Positions 51,365-63,997 of a stretch of 64,000 nucleotides of DNA are shown here, piece by piece. The notes beneath the pieces were generated by a model that did no database searches, had not been told where the DNA came from, and saw only the letters and a list, made by a program, of their open reading frames with translations. The stretch is from Octopus sinensis (taxonomy: Eukaryota). Made by a program: the position numbers and the translations under genes. Position 1 is the first letter of the stretch. Each line of letters opens with the position of its first letter. The DNA lies in assembly GCF_006345805.1 (NCBI RefSeq), contig NW_021832230.1:186001-250000 (forward strand), written 5' to 3'.

Positions 51365-53205
51365 TTTTGGAAATGTTTCAATATTTAATATTTTCATAAT
51401 TTTGATCCCTAAATTAATTGTAAGATGATTAGGTATGGACGCAGCCCTGTCGGCACCCACACGTGGCAATTTAACATGCTTTGGGATTACAAGTACTACT
51501 CTTTCACATTTTCAGGACGGAAACCCAAAACGTTAAACCAAAGACTTGACATTTTTATGTACAAAAAACACGGAATAGATCCAACGAAATTTGGAACGCT
51601 GCTCATCAGTTCTGGCCTAGTTCTCAACCCAAGAAACGTTTTTATCGGATTTCTAACGATAAAAGATACAGATTTTTCCATAATTTTGATCCCTGAATTA
51701 ATTGTAAGATCTTGAGTTTGAATAAAATTATGTATTGAAAAATGAAAATTGTTTTGTTAGAACTACTCTTGTATTTTGGAAATGTTTCAATATTTAATAT
51801 TTTCATAATTTTGATCCCTAAATTAATTGTAATATGTGACATGGTTTGCGTGATACCTATGGGCCGCGCGATACCTGACGTGACCTTGCAGCTTAACTTA
51901 ATGTCAATATTGTAATGCAAATCTATAAAAATTGTTAAAAAAACTAACCTGCTATATACGTCAATGACCGTTAAAATCCATTTAAAATTTTTATTTATAG
52001 TAGAAAAACTTTTCAGATCTATAAGATATATCTGAAATCTTTCATTTGGGCAAGATGCAAAGACATGGTTATTTATATCTCCAATCTAGGATTTAAAAAA
52101 GTTAAAACTTTTAAGGGTCGCGCAAATTTACAAATTTCACAGTTTCGAATGACTTTTCGAATAATCTCATTTTTAACTGTGAAATATCGTTGTCGACATT
52201 CATATTCAATTTTGTTAACTCCTCCATGCAAGAAGTCATGCAAACTTTTAGCAACGATCTCCATTCGGGTTCATTGTCCAGACAAATCACTAGCTTGTGA
52301 TCTGAATTCGCACATTTAAGATACAATCTATACATTTACAATTTGTATGATACCTTTCATTAATTACAGTAAAATTTTCAATTTTCTTAACTAGTCTATA
52401 TTTTTTTGCTTTGTAAGATGTTCAGGAAATTTATCCTGTAAAACATCTTTTAAAATTTGATATTCCAAACTATTCTTTACATAACTTTGTACGAGGACAT
52501 TGCTGCAAAACATACTTGCACGCTAGAAATAACTCAAGAAATTTAGGTTTCCCACCAAAAAAATTAATTTTCGATAATTAAATTCTTACAAATATAATTT
52601 TTTGTCAAAATGAGAGAGTCTTTAGCTAATTTAGTAAATTATTAAATGATAAGAATGAGTCGCGGTCTAATTAAAAGATTTTATAATTAATCCCATCAAT
52701 GTCATAATTGCACATTTCAAGGTCACGTCAGGTATCGCGCGGCCCATAGGTATCGCGCAAACCATGTCACATAATATGATTAGGTATGGACGCAGCCCTG
52801 TCGGCACCCATACGTGGCAATTTAACATGCTTTGGGATAACAAGTACTACTCTTCACATTTTCAGGACGGAAACCCAAAACATTAACTCCATCAACTTCC
52901 TCCAAAACCAAGGACTCGACATTTTTAGAAATTTAGAACGCTGCTCATAAGTTCTGGCCTTTTTCTCAACCCAAGAAATGTTTTTATCGGATTTCTAACG
53001 ATAAAAGATACAGATTTTTTCATAATTTTGATCCCTGAATTAATTGTAAGATCTTGAGAGGGGTAATGTATAGCTGATGTAAATGTAAGAATTTATGTTT
53101 AAAGTAATTTTGATATTTTCTGTTTGAATGTTTTTGGATAAAATTATGTATTGAAAAATGAAAATTGTTTTGTTAGAGCTACTCTTGTATTTTGGAAATG
53201 TTTAT
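51365..53205. repeat. Tandem duplication of an about 409-bp unit; the second copy is interrupted by Ginger-like element B
   Basis: TGATTAGGTATGGACGCAGCCCTG at 51426 and 52777; spacing is 409 bp after removing the element plus one TSD. Confidence 0.85.
51835..52771 (-). mobile_element. Ginger-like integrase DNA transposon B (internally deleted, 937 bp)
   Basis: 54-bp TIRs with 1 mismatch (51835-51888 and 52718-52771), TGT...ACA ends, TSD TAATA; H2C2 motif HDFLHGGVNK...RNCEIC. Confidence 0.9.
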
Positions 53206-53250
53206 TTTTATTTTCTGGAATTAGAATTATTAATCAACACGTTTCTCAAA

Positions 53251-53546
53251 TCTTAATAATAAAATGGTATGGTGTGTGTCTGTCTGTCTGTCTGTGTGTC
53301 TGTCTGTCTGTCTGTGCACACCCACATTCAAATTGTTACAAACCAGATCAAATTGTCAAAACCTTCCCTTTTGTAGTTATTCGATAATGAGGCACAATAA
53401 AAGGTTGATCTTAATAATAAAATGGTATGGTGTCTGTCTGTCTGTGTGTCTGTCTGTCTGTCTGTGCACACCCACATTCAAATTGTTACAAACCAGATCA
53501 AATTGTCAAAACCTTCCCTTTTGTAGTTATTCGATAATGAGGCACA
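53251..53546. repeat. Two 158-bp tandem units containing a (TCTG)n microsatellite; possible non-autonomous Helitron 5' end
   Basis: Units start A|TCTTAATAATAAAATGG at 53251 and 53409. Confidence 0.7.
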
Positions 53547-53549
53547 TAA

Positions 53550-53845
53550 AAAAATTATTTTCTGCGTTTTTGTTAAAATGACCAACAAGAAAGTCCTCGA
53601 CTCACATGATGTGGTCCCCCAAAACCTTCAAGCCAAAAAATTAAAAAAAATTATTTTCTGCGTTTTTGTTAAAATGAACAACAAGAAAGTCCTCGACTTA
53701 CATGATGTGGTCCCCCAAAACCTTCAAGCCAAAAATTTAAAAAAAATTATTTTCTGCGTTTTTGTTAAAATGAACAACAAGAAAGTCCTCGACTCACATG
53801 ATGTGGTCCCCCAAAACCTTCAAGCCAAAAAATTAAAAAAAATTT
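53550..53845. repeat. 96-bp tandem repeat, 3 copies
   Basis: ATTATTTTCTGCG at 53554, 53650 and 53746. Confidence 0.92.
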
Positions 53846-54972
53846 CTCAAATCCGTTTATATATCATCTAAACTAAAAATCAATGAACGCTGTTTTTTTC
53901 TAAATTAAATTATTCTTATTACTTTCTTCCTATTTATATCCAATCTATAAATAAAAAATAAACTGCAGTTTGATTAAATTTTAATTAGTTTAGACTGAAA
54001 TGAAAAATTGCATTAATTATGATCCACTATTATTAACTAGCAATTTTTTTTATCAATTATTTTTTTTCTGGATACAAAGAATCAATAACATTTATAAAAA
54101 AATTCTTAGCTTAATATCAACAATCTTTTACTATGATACTTTTTCCGCCTTTGTGTAACGAGGAAAATAAGATTTTCCTAGTTTCGATTAGAATCTTGGT
54201 TTTATGTAATCTATCTTGATGTTTCCTCATGGTGAACTAAAAAAGAAATTTATCTACATGACATTGATTTTTTAATAATGAGATAATTTAAATAATTAAC
54301 AATTACAATCCTGGTTAAAATCGAAACTAAACATAATAAAAGCGGATTAAAAGCTTACATATTTCAAAGTCCATTCTAATCACTTTTTAAAAAATCTTTA
54401 AGGTCACTAAATTAAAAATAATTGTAATCCAATTATTTGATTTCAATAGAAAATATGACTTTATGGCCAGATAAATTCAGCAATTTTTTGGCCCTTTTTT
54501 GCAGGCGGGAACCAAAAATCGGGACTAAAAATTTAAAAATAACCAGATTTTTAGTAACAAATCTTATTTTGTAATTTTTTGGACTTGTAGTTATCTAAAT
54601 TAAAATATTGAAAAATTCAAAATTTTAAATAAAATTTTCCCGGACATTTCCATATACACTAATAATTCAGTAGGGAAATCTCCCAAATTAGCTTCTTGAA
54701 TGCTATTCCATGGCATTGAATTTGTTCTTTTTTTTAATATTATGCAATCTCACATGGATCTTCCTTAAAGTCGATAGAATTAATACTTTGAATAGCATCT
54801 TTAACAGTATAAAAAGTATCTTCACATTTCTTTTTTCATTCGATTAGACATTTGTAAAATGCTATGTTTGCTAGGTTCCGCTCCAGTGAATCAAAATTTA
54901 TCGCCTTCTTTGCATTCAAAACAATTTTTCCATTGTTCGATAACGAGGAAACTATCTTTTGGATTTTGTTCA

Positions 54973-56950
54973 AATGATTAACATCAAACTAAGTGAGATT
55001 AATAACGAACTAAATGGGATTAATAAAGGATTACGTTTATTATAAATATTATAATTCGACGCAGCAAATAAAAATGCCACGTAAATCATTGGAGGAGAAA
55101 AATCAAATGCATAAAAAAATACATTTAATTTCAGCTGCAGAATCAGGTGGGGATTGGAAAAAAACAGCACTTGAACTCAATATCTCGAGAACAACAGCAT
55201 ATCGTTAGATAAAGGATGGAGTTAAACCTGACACGAGAGATGGAAATTATAGAAAAAAATTGACAAAGAACATGTAGACTTTTTTATATCATGCATTGAA
55301 GACGATAACACAATTACCCTTCATAGATTAAAACGAAAATTTGAATTAAATTTTCCAAAATTATCAATATCAAAATCAAGTATCGCTCGACATCTCGATC
55401 TAAGTACTTGAACAAATAATTGTAGATAAAATGAAAACCATTACATTAAAAGATTGTGTAAGCTTTATTTCTGGAATACAGGGAAATATTGCCGACACAC
55501 TAAATATGGTGTCACCGTCCAGATAGGTCGGGGCGCCAGATCGGTTATGTATAAAATTTTTAATAGAAACTACCTTTCGGAAGTTATTTTCTTTTTCTGT
55601 TCATTCTTTTGTTGATTTTAATATTATTTTTGCCAAAATATTGAAGTTACTGTGTTCATAAAAAACCAACATCCAGTCATTTCCAGATAATTACCGTATT
55701 GATTTTGCATTTTATTTAAAAACGCTTTAATCAAGGTTAGCCAAACAATTCTCAACAATAAAGCTTATTAGAACAATCCATTTTTAATTTTTAAAAATGT
55801 TGTAAATTTCTATTTTTATCATTAAAACTTTAAAATACAATCCGGCCAACTGCTGGATGATTCAATCTGAATATTTTTCCCTATGCGGCCTTCGGCCGCG
55901 TCGAATTTGTAACAATGGCACAATTATTTCACAATTAAGTAAACATGACACGAGAAAAAACACAGAACGAACCCCATGAATATTTGCAGTTAAAGTTTTT
56001 TTACTCTGCTAATATGTATCCTTTGATCTTTTTCATCCTCTTCATTAATTATCGTTACGAGTTCTCGATCCCTGTTTTCACAATATATTTTTGTGCAGAT
56101 ATCTCGTCGTATAATGGGTATTTTCTATAACCCGGGTTTGCATTCCCATCATGGCGTATTAAAATTTCATCGCCACTTTCAACTTCATCATATTTCCATT
56201 TTCTCCGCCTTTTCATTTTTTCTCCCGATTTTACAACTGGGGAAGAAGCAATAATAGACGTTATTGCTGGTTTAGTCGCAAGCAATCGTTTCGACTAGAA
56301 TTAATAAAATTGGTAATTTACCTGACAATAAACACATTTAGATACCACATCAGTACGTCTGGCACCATAAATGGTGAGTGTAAATAAACTGTACAATTTA
56401 TCACTTCCAAAGTGATTAAGATTGTGTTGAGCCTAATTTAAATAAACAAATACACTACTTCAATGAATTTTAACTTAAGTTCAGTGTCTTCGATACAAAA
56501 AAACGCAACTTTGAGCCATTTTTAGAAATGTAGGTGTTGTTCTCCTTGAAACTAAATTTTTTGGCATATCTCCGTATTCATGCCCTTTCTTCCGAACTCA
56601 AGGAATCATCAAGGTGGCCTGATTCCAAATACTCCCTAATTTTTTCGAGGGTGTCTCGAGTTAATTCAACTAAAACCATTGATTAATGCTAATCTTTTCA
56701 ACTTTTTAGAACTTTTTTATTAATAAGATTTTATTTTTTTATTATCAATATTTTTTTGCAATGAAATTTTTTGTAGGAAAAATATTTGTTTTGTATTTAG
56801 ATAATTGACCTGACCGATCTGGCGCCCCGGCCGGTCTGGACGGTGACATATGGTTAACATAAAATTTTAAACAAAGAATTTTTTGGTGTTAATCCCATTT
56901 AGTTTGCTATTAATCCCATATTGTTTGGTATTAATTTCACTTTGGTATCA
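54973..56950 (+). mobile_element. Tc1/IS630-like DNA transposon, internally deleted, host of Ginger-like element C
   Basis: MPRKS...ALELNISRTTAYR...ISKSSIARHL (HTH); 21-bp repeats face inward at both ends; the C-terminal frame NIADTLNM|VNIKF* resumes after excising 55510-56853. Outer boundaries are approximate. Confidence 0.72.
55510..56848 (-). mobile_element. Ginger-like integrase DNA transposon C (internally deleted, 1339 bp)
   Basis: 36-bp TIRs (33/36 identical), TGT...ACA ends, TSD TATGG (55505-55509 and 56849-56853); KIREYLESG...IRRYAKKF, H..NHFGSDKL...C..C, and GDEILIR (GPY/F-like region). Confidence 0.9.
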
Positions 56951-57274
56951 ATTCTATCAAAGTACCACAAGGGCTATCTCAGGTAGTTAGGAGTCAATAG
57001 GTACATTCAGGCCTATATAAAGTCCACTGGCCTGAGAGGACTTTAAAGAGTGTATTTATTAATGCACGCAGATTTAGCCCCCTAATTTCTCATGGGCAGA
57101 TGGACCGGTTGAAAAAAACTCTCTTCGAGGTGTTTCTTCGACTAGAAGCAAAAGAACTAATTTCCATAGTTCGCAAGGGATAAGTCATTAGATTAATTTA
57201 GTTAACTTTTATTTATCTCTGTTCTTTGGTTAATAAAGTATATTTTTAAATTTAAATAATATTGGTTTTGTTCA

Positions 57275-57610
57275 ATGTGTGAGAATCCGTTATTTTACGA
57301 TTTTAAAGAAAGTTTCGACGATCAGGAAGTATCATTTCATATAACAAATATGCCTGGTTTTTTAATAGTATGGATAGGAACTTTGCCCGTTTTATCGTCA
57401 CTGTACATGAGTTCCCCCATATTCTCGGATCATCCATCATACAGTTTGTGGGAAAGTAATGACGAGAGTAATTATAGTTGTATTGCTTCGAGACTTTCAA
57501 TGATATGTGGAAAAACTGTTTTTCTTTCTATTAGTCTAAACAACTTGGATAATGATTTTCTTAATTTTATTCAATCTCGTATTGCTGGTTATCTTCGAAA
57601 TATTAATTAA
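57275..57610 (+). CDS. PSMG4: Proteasome assembly chaperone 4 (PAC4), intronless
   Basis: VSFHITNMPGFLIVWIG...IASRLSMICGKTVFLS...IQSRI parallels PAC4 VHFHV..L..SLFLWVG...LAQRLA.KT.KQVFVS...VENRI. Confidence 0.85.
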   Translation: MCENPLFYDFKESFDDQEVSFHITNMPGFLIVWIGTLPVLSSLYMSSPIFSDHPSYSLWESNDESNYSCIASRLSMICGKTVFLSISLNNLDNDFLNFIQSRIAGYLRNIN

Positions 57611-57692
57611 CTTTTCGTTATAAATAAAAAATGACTACTTGTTTTGAGTTTTCTTGAGTAAAAAAGTTCTATAGTGATGAAATGACTTTTTG

Positions 57693-60659
57693 TTAATCTA
57701 AATCATGTCCATATACCAATTCCTTAGTGAAGTTGTACTCATTTTATTTGTTAACTTATTTACTGTTGACATAATGAATATCTTCGTCAATAAAAAATGA
57801 TTTTTAGACTAGCTAATAATACCAAAAATTAAGAAAGAATCTTTATTTTTATGTTGAGTATTTCGTTATTTTGGCTGATGACAAAAATAGAGGGGTGACT
57901 ATTTTTTATCCTAAAAATAATTATTTACTATTAACCCCACGTGCCTTAATTCATACTCAAATATTCATACTGAAATCCTGACTATACTAACATTGCAAAA
58001 TAAATGTAAAAATAATGAGTTTGTCCCATAAATGTAAACTAATAAACAATTCCTCAATAATAATATTAAAAAAATGTTCCCACAACTACTAAAAATTTTT
58101 CTTATGTCTTTTAATCTGCACAATAAGATTATGCACTGATATAATATCCGATGGAAGGGGTCCGCACTGTCCAACAATTGAGCAGAAACGACTATAATAA
58201 TTTACCAATAAAGCCAAAATTCCCTGAGATAAAAAACATTTGATCTACCTTTAAAATATTTGACCCATTCGTAAAATTAGAAAATGAAAGCGTCACATCA
58301 GAACAAATCTTCTCAATAAGAGACTTCCAATGAGTATTAAAATGTTTAATGACTCGTTCCAAACAAGAATCATAACTCAACTCTAAAGTAGTAATAATAA
58401 TAAAACTATCAATCTGGTCAATAGCAATTTCTTCATATTTTTTAACAAATACAATCAAATCGGAAAAGAAAATAAGAAGTATTTCCTCACTGTAATCTTT
58501 ACACCACTTGTTCAATTTATTTTGGCATGCCTCCACTTCACTGCTGGAAGTCACATGAAACTAATGCGTAAAATAAAAATGAAAACAAGGAGAGTAGAAA
58601 GAATCACATCGTAGTTGTTGATTGCAAGTGAAAACTGATCCAATGACTTTGGAAAGAAAGAAGCCATTCTTTGAATGAAAATGTCAGTTTGAGTCCACAA
58701 CTGTTCAATATATACGTATAGAGTTTGTGAATATCCTCGTTTATTAATAGCCGTTAGCGAAGATAATAATTCGGCACAGCGACGAACAACCTAGTATTAA
58801 AATTATGGTAATTCACAAAAAATGGAGAATGTGGCGAATAATCCATTCCTCCCAGATCTCGCATATCGAAATTTCTCAGACTGTCGAGATTCAGCCCAAA
58901 AATACAGACAAATCTCTCCCAAAACATCTGATAGGCCATAAGCCAGTAGCTAAAAATGTCAATTAAGCATAATTTAAATATGGTTTCGCGCTATTTTATG
59001 GCTTCAATTCATTATTTAAATTAAAAATACTAATTAATAAAATACCTATCCATCGAATAAATTTTATCTTCATTTGCTGCGTTTTTTAATTTAAGTAAAA
59101 TCTGGGAGCAAAGAAGCATTCCAATGACGTCAAAAGAATTGGAAATGTTAGTCGCCATCAACTTCTACAAATAATTGGAATTAACGAACCGTCAAAAAGT
59201 GGCACGTGGAATCAATAATCTTAGAGTGGAGGAAGGATAACAATTCATTGTCACGAAGAATAAAAAAATCATTCAAAAATATAAATTCGCGAGAATAATT
59301 TGCCAAAAGAGCATATTGTTCACTCCGCAAAAGTACTTCGTAGTTATGCTAAGAAGACACTTAGTACTACAAATACATTTTTCATATTATTCTGATCGAT
59401 ATAGGGAACTATCACCTGTCCCATAATATCATTAAGAACTTCGTCCCTTCGGTCGATGGAGAAGAGAGAAGCACTACGCGAAATGTTTCCAGAAGATGAA
59501 TTTACAATAGTATTAGTAAAGATATCTAAAAATAGAAGTATAAAATAAAACTTTTTCTTCTTTCTTTAACGCTGGCTAATAAAATTTTTCCATTTGTCCG
59601 ATGATCTACGACCTAAGAAAAAAAATAATAGAACAACGATTAAATCGGAAAGGGCTTTGCTATATGCTTTGAAATAAGAATAATAAAGGCATTTCATAGT
59701 ATTTCCATACTCTTCTAAGATTTTAAGAGCACAGTCAGGTCTATGAGCAAGCAGAAAGGTATATAAATCTCTAAAAATAATTATAAGAAACAAACCTGTG
59801 CTCCATAAGTGTTTCCTGAAGGTATTGATAATTTGAAAGAGTCCCTCGCAGTTCATATATTTTTGAATTCAAAAAATCATGTATTTTTGTAGAAGCCTTA
59901 ATGGAAAATTAATATCAAACATGTTTTATGACTATTTCTAAATTTTCAATCACCTCTTGACAAGCTTTTGGTTTTTCCTCGTCAAAATTCGTTATAAATT
60001 GCATTTTTCGATCTAACATTTCAAGTTGGTTTTTAAACTCGCTTTCAGTGACTGGCAAGTTAATTATAATTCTAAAACATATTCCATTAATTAAAATAAT
60101 TAGAAAAATTTAAATATGTGATAATGAAACCTCATCACTGAATCAGGTACTGTAAGCTCGTCGAGAATTGGTCCAAGCCGATTTGAAATTGACTGACAAT
60201 TTTTAGTGACAATTTGAATTCCCTGAGACTGACTTTGAAGAGAAGTAATTTCCTCGTTGAGAGTGTTAATATTTTTTAAGAATCCACATAGAAATGTTTC
60301 TATTTTCTAGTTATTCATAAATGAATAAAATACTTCGAGAACTTTATCACATTCTGAAATTTTTTTCCTGACAATATTTACATTTTTTGCCTCCTTTAAA
60401 TCTAAAATGTTATTATCTAATAAAAACATGTCTGAATAGCGACATCTTTGGATTGTTCCAATTGTTTCTTAGCATCTTTAATATAATCGTCGAGGCTTAT
60501 GTCCTAAATAGCATAGCTATTGAGCTAATCAACCTTATTAAGAGAAAGTTTCATTACTTCATCTGAAATCAATTCGTCGTCGTTCACTATTCTAGTAAAC
60601 AAAATATTTTAATTACATGTCAGTAATTCAAGTAACTCTTTATCTTCCTTTGTACACAT
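57693..60659 (-). CDS. VPS52: GARP/EARP complex subunit VPS52, multi-exon
   Basis: ISECDKVLE..ETFL..F...I..LNEEITSLQSQS...RLGPILDELTVP and FWERF..IF.LN..S.R......LGGMDYSPH match VPS52 hallmark segments. Start and end are approximate. Confidence 0.85.
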
Positions 60660-61599
60660 CAAATAATTAGCCACATAGGTCAATTCATACTATTTTATTT
60701 AAAAAAATTTTAATTAAAAAGTTTTTTTGTACAGAAAATAATTTCAAAATAAACTAACTCTGTTTTGAGTACATTTCTCTTTTCGGAAATAGATTGCGCG
60801 TAATAATATTCAAAAAATATTTAATTCATGTCTTTTCAATATAAAAAGGTCTTTTATGTTTAATGCTAGTGAAACTCATCACAGACTAGGTTTGTAAAAA
60901 CCAAGCATTTTTATCATTTTACTTGAGAATTAACAAAATGTTACATTAACCAACAAATAAATACCTCAACAACGTACTGAGACTCAGTGACTATATGTGT
61001 AGATGTGAAGTAAAGATGTAATTCGATTGCCTTTGTGGTTAATCAAGTTCGTTTCACGTATGTAGAGGACATCTACAATACGACAAATTTGATATAAGAA
61101 GTGTTAAGCCATAGAAGAGCATATTATGTGGTGAGCATATCTCCATTATCTTCGTTCTCTGTTTGTACAGCTAAGTACTCCCTGCTAGTTCAAAAAAATG
61201 TTGATAGAACAGACAGACAGAAATTTTTATTAAAAAAATAAGAGACTGTTACAGAAATTTTTTGACGTCCGATACAACGAGACGACTGCTCTAGGTACTC
61301 TAACTCTTCTGAGGAAACGTCTATTTTCTGTCTGGAGCAAGCTGGGCGGTTACTGGTCCCGATCGATAAATAGGTCGGTCACTCCGGAAAGACCGGATAG
61401 ATTTCTCAATGACCTAAAATATCGATAAAACATCACACCGGTTATATAATAAACAATTATTGACGATATCAAGAAATTCGCTCAGCGTATAGAAAGCATC
61501 CATTCGATTTCAAAAATTTCGAGTCATTTAACAAAAACTATTGGTCAAGTCTTGGATGAGCACAAAGTTATAAGTATCTTGTTGTAGTGAACTACATAC

Positions 61600-63400
61600 A
61601 GTCCTGACATAATAATTTAAAAAAACTAAAAATCTTATTTAAACAAAACAGGAAAAAATCAGCCACTGCATCCACGACATCCACAATGAACACATTCAAT
61701 TATTCTGCCCTGTATGAAAAATAACAAAAACTATTTTAAAACCCTTTCCAATTTGGTTTTTGGAACTCTGCAAATACAATTTGTATTAAAATTAGTGTCT
61801 GTTGGCTGAATACACCTCAGACAGCACAAATTCTCAAATCCGTTCTTTTTCCATTTTGCAATCAGATTTCCGTCAGCAATTTTTTCGTCAATACAATATT
61901 GGAATAATTCTAAAATATTCGGAATATTATTAAAGCACCTTTACTAATTGATTTGTTTTTATTATAGAGATCGAAGATATATCGAGATTTTTGGTTTTGA
62001 ATTTTAAAAATCGGCCACAGAGATTCTACTTTTCTTTTTCCTTCGTGTGGTTCATTTTCGACTAAATTATATAAGCTATAATTCTGTTACCTTCTCTCAT
62101 ACGGTCTTCTAGTTCATTTATTTTGGGCTCAATTTCTTCCCAGCCTTCGGGTGCAGGCTTTCGGCTGCGACGTATTTTACCCATCTATTATATGTGATAC
62201 AAATAAGAACCACAACAAGCGAACGATAAACTAAGTTTATTTACAAATCTGATTTTAATTAAAAAAATATTAATGTAATGAACAAATAACACTATATTTT
62301 TCCTTTATGTCAAGGAACGGACTGAGATTCAGATTCAGGCAATGAAAGTTTTGAAGGACAATGGAAGGTACTATGAAGCAGTTGGAAATAATTTCTGAGA
62401 ATGTTCAAAGACCATGTGCTAAGCTCAAAACAATAAAAGTCCAGGACCAGATGAACTAAGACCAGAACTACTTAAGTAGGGAAGTGAAAACTTACATGTA
62501 ACCATAGCGGACCTCTTTAACGGAATATTTAAAATAAATGATCATCCCCCTGGGACAAAGGATACTGTTCTCTGTCCAAAACCGATCAAAGGGAAAGTAA
62601 AGAACCTCGGGCCAGTAATCCACATGAATGCATACAGATAGTGCTGGCGATTATTACTTTACAAAGAATTAAATCTCGACGGAACTATTTATATCCGAAC
62701 TATTTATATCCCCCGTTATCTCTTGTGCTGTTTGTCGTATATCTGGAAGCTGCATTGAGAGACTTAATACCATACTATGAAGGAAAGTTCAATGTGGTGG
62801 CACATAGAAATGATGTGAATTTTATTTTTTTGAGGAATGCTCTGGAAAGCCTATTGAGAGTGATGCCAAATAAACTTTTGGAGTAGTTCCTCAATGTCGA
62901 TGTGGCGAAAACAGAATTTAGTGAACTTGTCAGACAAATTTCCAAGTTGAACGAACACTCGAGAAAAGTTAGGAAACTTGGATCTCTATTGGGAGATAAA
63001 CAAGGCGTAATTATGCGGACAACACACACAAACAGCGCACTACGTAGCCTAAATGGAAATTAGCTAAACACAAAGGACTCAGCATACAAACACGGATACT
63101 CTTATACAATTCACTGGTGAAACATATCTTCCTCTATAATTCAGAAACATGGGGACTTTATAATACGAACAATCTTAGTCTAGACTCGTTCTATAGAGAT
63201 CAATTTTCACGTAGCATCCAAATAGCATTCGAGGCTCAGCTGTTAAACGGTTTATGCCAAGACGTCAAGCACACCAATATCTCTCAAAGTTACAGAATAC
63301 AAGTGGAAGCTATTTGGATACATTTTAAGGATGGATTTCTAGGCACCGGCAAACACCGCTATGGAGGACTATTTCGAAGCGGACAGCCCACATTTGAAAT
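61600..63400 (+). mobile_element. Decayed RTE-like LINE
   Basis: KSPGPDELRPELLK, LFVVYLEAALRDL, KLGSLLG, NSLVKHIFLYNSETW; multiple deletions. Confidence 0.75.
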
Positions 63401-63616
63401 GCCATACGTATATTTTCTATGTAGTTTAATTGAATTTATTAAATCTATCTATGTGCGCATTAATTTTATTATTTTGATTCTGATAATTTTTGTTAAAATG
63501 GTTTAATTAATTAAAATTATTGACAGATTCCTCAAAAATCTTAATTAAAACAAATTCTATTCCTTGTGGTTTTTTACTCGTTTAATTGCGGTGTTGTATT
63601 ATTATTCTTGTGACCA

Positions 63617-63997
63617 ATGTCAAATGAACTAAATAGATCCACAATAAAGAGATCATTTTCAGCAGTTTCTAAATTATATGAGGAAATAATATGCCCGATA
63701 TGTTTGGACGTCATGGATGACGTTTTAATAAGTAAGACTTGCCTTCACAGATACTGCAAAGTCGTTATTTTATAATCAAATATTTTACAGAACTGCATAA
63801 CCACATCTATTAATACTGGAACTAAGGCTTGTCCCATTTGCAGAACAAAAATCATTTCTCGCAGATCCCTTCGATCGGATCCTATCTTCGAAAATATTGT
63901 TGAATCGATGAAGGTTTTTTCACCAACCAAAGACGATGTAGTTGTATTAAACATTTTATATCAACTAGGAGTGTTACCCAGAAATGTTAATAATTAG
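63617..63997 (+). CDS. RNF2: RING1/RNF2-like C3HC4 RING E3 ligase (possibly continuing beyond the window)
   Basis: LYEEIICPICLD...KTCLHRYCK|NCI...GTKACPICR...SRRSLRSDPIF with a 30-nt intron at 63761-63790. Confidence 0.82.

Noticed and set aside
30222-53845. CRISPR-like interpretation of the repeat arrays at 30222, 51150 and 53550
   Set aside because: Units are contiguous without unique spacers, no cas genes are present, and the DNA is eukaryotic.
53151-53871. Repeat-containing ORFs 53151, 53264 and 53578
   Set aside because: Explained by a microsatellite and a 96-bp (3n) tandem unit; no coding evidence.
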